Positions 27,148 through 32,157 of a stretch of 32,157 nt of DNA are shown piece after piece. The notes under the pieces are model-generated. The model was not told the origin of the DNA and searched no databases. It saw nothing but the letters and a program-made list of their open reading frames with translations. The translations under genes and the position numbers were made by a program. Position 1 is the first letter of the stretch. The number at the start of each line of letters is the position of its first letter. The DNA comes from Candidatus Thorarchaeota archaeon (GTDB lineage Archaea > Asgardarchaeota > Thorarchaeia > Thorarchaeales > Thorarchaeaceae): assembly GCA_016933575.1 (NCBI GenBank), contig JAFGAR010000060.1:1-32157 (forward strand). The letters are read 5' to 3'.

Positions 27148-28524
27148 ATCGTACACGAGTTTGGAGATACTGCAGAACAGGATGATGTATTAGATTACCA
27201 GCTCGTTCGAGAGATCATCCATGAGGTGTTTCGAAAGGAGAATCTGCAACAACCAAGTGTGATTGATTTCACTCGGAGAGTCCTCTCTAAAGGCAAACCA
27301 TACATATACCGAGATGATGAGCAACTGTCTATATCAGCTGCGCATGAACCAGAACTCAGAAGGCTTGTGGGGCACTTTGCGACAAGGCAGTCGTGGTCGG
27401 CTCATGACTGGCTACTTGGAGTTCATACGAAACTCTACATTCTCGGAGGCCTTCTCCTCGTTGCAGTGCTTCCTGTAACAGGATACTTCTTGGCGCATTT
27501 CCTTCAGGACTATGTATTCTCGATAATTGTATTGACCAGCATCATTGATGGAGTGATTGCACTCTGGATATCATATCAAATTGCTATGAAGAGTGCAGGG
27601 CTTCTCAATGAGTTCACAATTCAAATGCAAGAACTGGGTTGCCTATCAGAGTATGATGGCAATGACTATGTTCCGGACTTTCATGCAATTGCGGTGGGAA
27701 CAACCCTAGTCAGTTTGGGAGCAGCTATACTGCTAATGATGCTTGGAGCGGAGTTTGATCTCGCATTCACAATTTCAATACCAGTCTTTCTCATATTAGG
27801 ATTTTGCAGTATCACATTACTCTTCAAATCAATTGATAGGAGCTTTCCAGACCTCTGCTTTAGGGACCTTGATTATGATGCTGATGATTATGAAGCAGTT
27901 ATCCCTTATGAGGACTCAGAGTATCTTCAGACAGCATTCCTAGATGTCATAGAGAGATTGGACCTTCAGGGTGTACTTCAATCAAAATATGAGTCAGAGT
28001 TCAATGAGATCAAGGCACGGTTTCACAGGGTCAAGTACCCTCAATGTCGTAGTTTCTATGACTATGTAGAAGATGGAATATTGTACCTAGATACAGAGGA
28101 CCTGAGTGAACAGGCAGCAAGACGATACGGTGCTACACATTTAGCAGCACGTGGTCTCCGATTCTACAGTGAACTGAGTCTACGTCAAAGGGCTGTTGAA
28201 CTGATTGCATTCTTCTTTGGTCTGTGTATGTTACCAGTGGTGATGCTAGGGACATATCTCATATCTCCAGTGTTCGCGATTGGAGCGACCATTGTTACAA
28301 GCATTATTTTCCTACGACTCTGGTATAAAGGGTGGAAACAGAATGAAGAACTCCGACATGACCTTCCTATTCAGTTGCAAAAAACTGGAATATTCAATGA
28401 GTATCAATTGAAGCATTATTACAAGGTGAGATGTACCCTATCATCACGCTTCGATTTGACGTTCCTAGTAGTCTTCCATATCATTCTAGTTGGAATCCTA
28501 CTTCTAAGTATCACGCTGTACTGA
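27148..28524 (+). CDS. Polytopic membrane protein with an internal duplication, unknown function
   Basis: ORF track starts at GTG27226; the frame is open back to 27112, with a possible ATC start at 27148 after GGGGAG. The two halves share IQ[ML]Q..G...EY. Confidence 0.7.
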   Translation: MVHEFGDTAEQDDVLDYQLVREIIHEVFRKENLQQPSVIDFTRRVLSKGKPYIYRDDEQLSISAAHEPELRRLVGHFATRQSWSAHDWLLGVHTKLYILGGLLLVAVLPVTGYFLAHFLQDYVFSIIVLTSIIDGVIALWISYQIAMKSAGLLNEFTIQMQELGCLSEYDGNDYVPDFHAIAVGTTLVSLGAAILLMMLGAEFDLAFTISIPVFLILGFCSITLLFKSIDRSFPDLCFRDLDYDADDYEAVIPYEDSEYLQTAFLDVIERLDLQGVLQSKYESEFNEIKARFHRVKYPQCRSFYDYVEDGILYLDTEDLSEQAARRYGATHLAARGLRFYSELSLRQRAVELIAFFFGLCMLPVVMLGTYLISPVFAIGATIVTSIIFLRLWYKGWKQNEELRHDLPIQLQKTGIFNEYQLKHYYKVRCTLSSRFDLTFLVVFHIILVGILLLSITLY

Positions 28525-28535
28525 TTCCTATATAG

Positions 28536-28856
28536 AACTCCACTTTTGCTTTCTCAACCACAGATGTAGATTGGGATAATATTCAATATGAGGTCAATTG
28601 GGGCGATGGTTCCACTAGCACAACTAGATATTATGGTTCAGGTGTTTCAGTTTCAGTATCTCATAACTGGAAAATCATAATGATCAAACCTGGTTCAGGC
28701 GGAGGACCAATCATCTGTTCAGTTCCACCACCAGCAGGGATGCAACTAGACCGAAATCTATTGATTGATGTAATGAATGAACCGATAACCATTGATAACA
28801 CTGCATATCCTCAGAAACCAGACTTGAAGACACTCCAAATTCCAAGACTGCAATAG
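28536..28856 (+). pseudogene. Startless fragment containing a truncated PKD domain
   Basis: Frame reads TFAFSTTDVDWDNIQYEVNWGDGSTS...SGVSVSVSHNW (PKD WGDG signature), bounded 5' by TAG28533 with no start codon. Confidence 0.6.
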
Positions 28857-29002
28857 GGTAACATGATATGGACATGACAAGATAACTGGTCATTTCCCCT
28901 CATTTTTGAATCGAATTTTGGTCAGAGTGATTCAAACTAACAAGGATTTGACTACCAACAATCTTTAAGGTCGTTCAAGTGTTTCAAACACAGGGACACT
29001 CG

Positions 29003-29788
29003 ATGACTACTATAACTATTCACAGTTTCAAAGGGGGAACTGGAAAATCACTTCTGGCTTTGACTCTCGCATATCACATGAGTAGCCAAGGAGAAAAAGT
29101 GTTAGTAATCGATGGAGACTATTACGCACCATGTTTTGAGACCTTCTTCCCAACTACCAGAGATATGAAACCATTCACAGCATACCTTACCTCAAATTGT
29201 TCCCTAGAAGATGCCATCATCGAAACAAAATATAGAAACCTATGGGCAAGCTATGCCCCTACGCCCAGCTTTGGTCAAGAGATATTGCAGGCTGATGTCA
29301 AGATGCATGGGCAGTATCTAAAGAGAATACTTGAAGGAATCAAGATAGCACAGAAAGATCTTGGATTTGATAAGGTCATTATAGACAATTCAAGTGGCAT
29401 CTCACTTATGGCAATCAACTACCTCTCATGCAGCGAAAAGTCAATAATGGTCATCAGACCAGTGCGTTATGGTGTGGAAACAACATGTGAACTGATTAGC
29501 ACCATCTATCGAAAATTAAAATATGCAAATCCAAAATCAGTTCGACAAGACCTACTCGTTTGGAACCAAGTGCCCTTGAATGATGAGGCTACAATTGCAC
29601 CACGAATTGACAAATACTTGAAGTATTGGAATGAGAAATTTGGTGAGGCCGAGATAGCATATGGTACAACGATTCCATATATCTCCGAAATCGTAGCTGG
29701 AATGATTGTTGACAATCCAATAGATTTGCTAAAACTTACTCGGTTCATCCAAGAATATATCGATGAGATCATTGAAAAATTAGAGTAG
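29003..29788 (+). CDS. MinD/ParA family ATPase
   Basis: Deviant Walker A KGGTGKS, VLVIDGD, VIIDNSSG, VWNQ, IPY. ATG29003 preferred; TTTAA TATA-like element near 28964. Confidence 0.9.
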   Translation: MTTITIHSFKGGTGKSLLALTLAYHMSSQGEKVLVIDGDYYAPCFETFFPTTRDMKPFTAYLTSNCSLEDAIIETKYRNLWASYAPTPSFGQEILQADVKMHGQYLKRILEGIKIAQKDLGFDKVIIDNSSGISLMAINYLSCSEKSIMVIRPVRYGVETTCELISTIYRKLKYANPKSVRQDLLVWNQVPLNDEATIAPRIDKYLKYWNEKFGEAEIAYGTTIPYISEIVAGMIVDNPIDLLKLTRFIQEYIDEIIEKLE

Positions 29789-29810
29789 AGTACAACAAAG
29801 GTGGATCTTC

Positions 29811-30482
29811 TTATTCTGAACGAAGATAATAGTAATCAGAATCAATTGTCTTTTCAGAACGAATCAAAACTCGCCTGAGTAGATATTTGAGAACGTCATC
29901 CAGTTCAGCATCAATTTTGTTTAGAGGTACATCGCTCCAAGCCTTGTCTTTTTTCTGTGTAAGACTCTTGATAGTGTCATGTAGTATTTCCTTTCGGACT
30001 CCCTCTTTGCCGTATTTTATTATGGACTGAGCGACTGGAATCACACGTTCAGGAAGACTCATGAGAACTGGAATGTCCTCAAGGTGCTCGTCACGTTCTT
30101 GAAGAGAATAGAATTTTGCGTTGTGTGGTTTAAGACCCAGCTCTGTACCCCGTTGCCAGAATATCAGGTTGGACTCTTCAAGTTTTGAAAGATGGTCATA
30201 GATAGTTGGGAGCTCGACACCTCGGATACGAGCAAGGTCCTTTGCAACCACGCCCTGCTCGTGCTCTTTCTCATAGTCACGAATTGCATCCACGGTACCC
30301 ATCAGAACACGGGAATAGATCAGAGGATTTTCACCAGTAGCAACAATCTTCTGTTCTACAGTCCTCTCTAAGGTGCCAATGCGCTGCTCAAAGCTTGTTA
30401 GTGTGTCTTGTATCGACTTAAGCCGCTTCTCAATGCTATTGAGGACCGTCTTCAAATCAGAGTCAATACTGCTTTTACTCAT
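29811..30482 (-). CDS. Coiled-coil plus tandem winged-helix protein (probable DNA-binding)
   Basis: N-terminal heptads; GVVAKDLARIRGVELPTIYDHLSKLEESNLI wHTH; second wHTH-like end (LKYLLRRVLIRSE....YYYL). ATG30482 after GGGGTG. Confidence 0.8.
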   Translation of the reverse strand: MSKSSIDSDLKTVLNSIEKRLKSIQDTLTSFEQRIGTLERTVEQKIVATGENPLIYSRVLMGTVDAIRDYEKEHEQGVVAKDLARIRGVELPTIYDHLSKLEESNLIFWQRGTELGLKPHNAKFYSLQERDEHLEDIPVLMSLPERVIPVAQSIIKYGKEGVRKEILHDTIKSLTQKKDKAWSDVPLNKIDAELDDVLKYLLRRVLIRSEKTIDSDYYYLRSE

Positions 30483-30573
30483 GCGCCTGCACCCCATTAG
30501 CGTTGGCTATCGAAATAATTTTTATTATTATTTCATGCGTAATCTCATAAAGTCTATATATTCTTTCTTCATC

Positions 30574-32157
30574 TTAAGTATTGTTATCGGAGTCAGGTTC
30601 TTTCTCAGAGGAAATCATATCTAGATAATCCAATGCAGTGGCAAGATCTTCCTTCTTCTCAGGAGTAACTACGAGGGGAGCATTGGTAACTGACTTTTTG
30701 AGCCGGTATACAACAGCTAGTGCAACAAGTCCAAGGCTAAGACCGCTTAGTCCAATAATTAGTTCAAGTGTTGATAGAGCACGTGTTGTGGGAGAACTAG
30801 GTGTTGTTGTGGTAGTTGTTGTAGTTGTTGTAGTTGTTGTAGTTGTTGGTGTTACAGTAGGGTCGACCCAGAGAATGGATATTGATGTACTTGAAAAAAC
30901 AGTTGTTATACCCCACAAATCATCACCAGAGGCAAGAGAAACGTTGTATCCTCGTAATCCGGGAGAGTTATAGGCATAGTTTGTGTCATTCAGAGTTAGA
31001 CTACCATCATATCGCTTGTATCCATGGTCGGACCAGAAGTAATACTCAGCATACATATCAATCCCCGTGGCATTCTCGCCGGTTTCAAATGTGGTATTAG
31101 CAGGTGCAATGACGTAACATACAAGTTGTTCCCAGTACATTGTGAGAGCGGTGCCATTCATATTAATGCCTGAAATCCCATGAGTGTTCTGAGAAATAAT
31201 TGTGATATTATCAAAGGTCAGCTTGGTCAGACTATCAGGAGCATGAGATGCTCTCCATGTATCGCCAGATTGAAAGACGAGTGGAATAGAACTGATATTG
31301 TAGGAACCATCAATCACCGGAGTGTGGTCGTAAGAATACCAGAGCCGAGCATCCATGTATCCCATAGCAGTACTATCCACAATAAAACTTGGAGAACTGA
31401 GACCTGCACAGATTATCTCGTCAGATATGTACGTGAGTGAATAATCTGTATTCAGGCAGTCTAGACCATCACTTGTTACGAGGAACGTATAGTCATCTAG
31501 ACCCACGGCATCATCAGAAGTCACAGTCACGGAGAATGACCCGTCGGATTCATTGTAATCCAGAGAGGTCCATGGACTGTCAGTCACGTTCACACATTCA
31601 ACAGAGACCTCTATTGATGAAGAGCGTGGGTAAAATGTTGGCATTCCAAAGAATGAAACAGACCCATTAGCCAATATGCTTCGATTGGTACTTCCGCGAT
31701 CGGTTGTGCCAATACCATCATCGAGCCATATATCATGCAAGACAACTCGTGATTCGATATTGAGTCCTGCAGAATAGAACGTGAGTGGATTGGTTTCTCC
31801 ATCGCTATCTGAAACATGTACTCTATATTGGAGATTCGATAGGGTAGGACAGGAGAAATCGATTGTAAAATTGAAGACCATGTCAATATTGTCTCCAAAC
31901 CGCTCTGCTTCACACTCAGAAATGTCAAGGATCACCCGTTGCGAGTTGTTGCCTTCTGAGAATGAGTTGGTATCCTCGTTGTAGACCAGACTGAATACCT
32001 GCGTCGTCTGGGTTTCATCATAGACACTGAGAATCACCTGGTTTATACTTGAATATCCAGAGGGATCACTCACATTGACTGTGGTCGTAACGTAATTGTA
32101 TTCTGCAAGAAGATAATCAGTATTGACCAGACCTATTGTGACAGGCGAAGCATCAGA
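30574..32157 (-). CDS. 3' part of a large membrane-anchored surface glycoprotein (5' end outside the window)
   Basis: Frame open to the window edge; acidic, S/T-rich beta domains with many NxS/T sequons, poly-Thr linker, TM helix, short cytoplasmic tail. Confidence 0.85.
   Translation of the reverse strand, partial: SDASPVTIGLVNTDYLLAEYNYVTTTVNVSDPSGYSSINQVILSVYDETQTTQVFSLVYNEDTNSFSEGNNSQRVILDISECEAERFGDNIDMVFNFTIDFSCPTLSNLQYRVHVSDSDGETNPLTFYSAGLNIESRVVLHDIWLDDGIGTTDRGSTNRSILANGSVSFFGMPTFYPRSSSIEVSVECVNVTDSPWTSLDYNESDGSFSVTVTSDDAVGLDDYTFLVTSDGLDCLNTDYSLTYISDEIICAGLSSPSFIVDSTAMGYMDARLWYSYDHTPVIDGSYNISSIPLVFQSGDTWRASHAPDSLTKLTFDNITIISQNTHGISGINMNGTALTMYWEQLVCYVIAPANTTFETGENATGIDMYAEYYFWSDHGYKRYDGSLTLNDTNYAYNSPGLRGYNVSLASGDDLWGITTVFSSTSISILWVDPTVTPTTTTTTTTTTTTTTTPSSPTTRALSTLELIIGLSGLSLGLVALAVVYRLKKSVTNAPLVVTPEKKEDLATALDYLDMISSEKEPDSDNNT
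30812..30847. repeat. Four perfect GTAGTTGTT units encoding the poly-Thr linker
   Basis: Direct reading of the tandem 9-mers. Confidence 0.9.

Noticed and set aside
29811-30482. Tandem winged helices as an ESCRT-II (Vps22/25/36)-like protein
   Set aside because: The first wHTH has a typical DNA-recognition helix (PTIYDHLSKL) and no ESCRT genes are nearby.
30638-30973. Plus-strand ORF with poly-Val
   Set aside because: Antisense shadow of the poly-Thr linker of the surface protein.
125-31984. Numerous 60-150 aa ORFs overlapping larger genes
   Set aside because: Antisense or off-frame shadows of well-supported CDSs, without motifs or RBS.

Overview
A roughly 42% GC archaeal accessory region. 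The gene content (DUF2341, SBBP and LTD surface proteins with Thr-rich linker plus C-terminal TM anchors, a cytoplasmic multi-PAS kinase, a MinD-like ATPase, GGAGG/GGTGA ribosome-binding sites, BRE/TATA promoters) is most consistent with an Asgard archaeon such as Thorarchaeia; this is inference, not a database result. From left to right: three hypothetical minus-strand genes (one possibly ubiquitin-fold, one with a C-terminal winged helix); radical SAM plus flavodoxin; a PadR regulator with a perfect 14-bp palindromic operator; and a ~13 kb block of large secreted proteins. That block holds a frameshift-split ~1600 aa DUF2341/clan-CD (C25-like) protease, an EEP nuclease/phosphatase with five exactly 405-bp-spaced lamin-tail domains, and a 7-bladed SBBP propeller on a 14-residue-periodic glycosylated stalk. 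It is followed by an aminotransferase plus beta-keto-acid cleavage enzyme pair, a PAS histidine kinase, a TPR protein, a zinc-ribbon protein, PhzF, a prolyl oligopeptidase, an internally duplicated membrane protein, a convergent MinD/ParA and double winged-helix pair, and the 3' part of another surface protein. Several intergenic gaps hold decayed gene fragments, and several genes appear to use non-canonical start codons. I recognised no rRNA, tRNA, CRISPR array or transposase.
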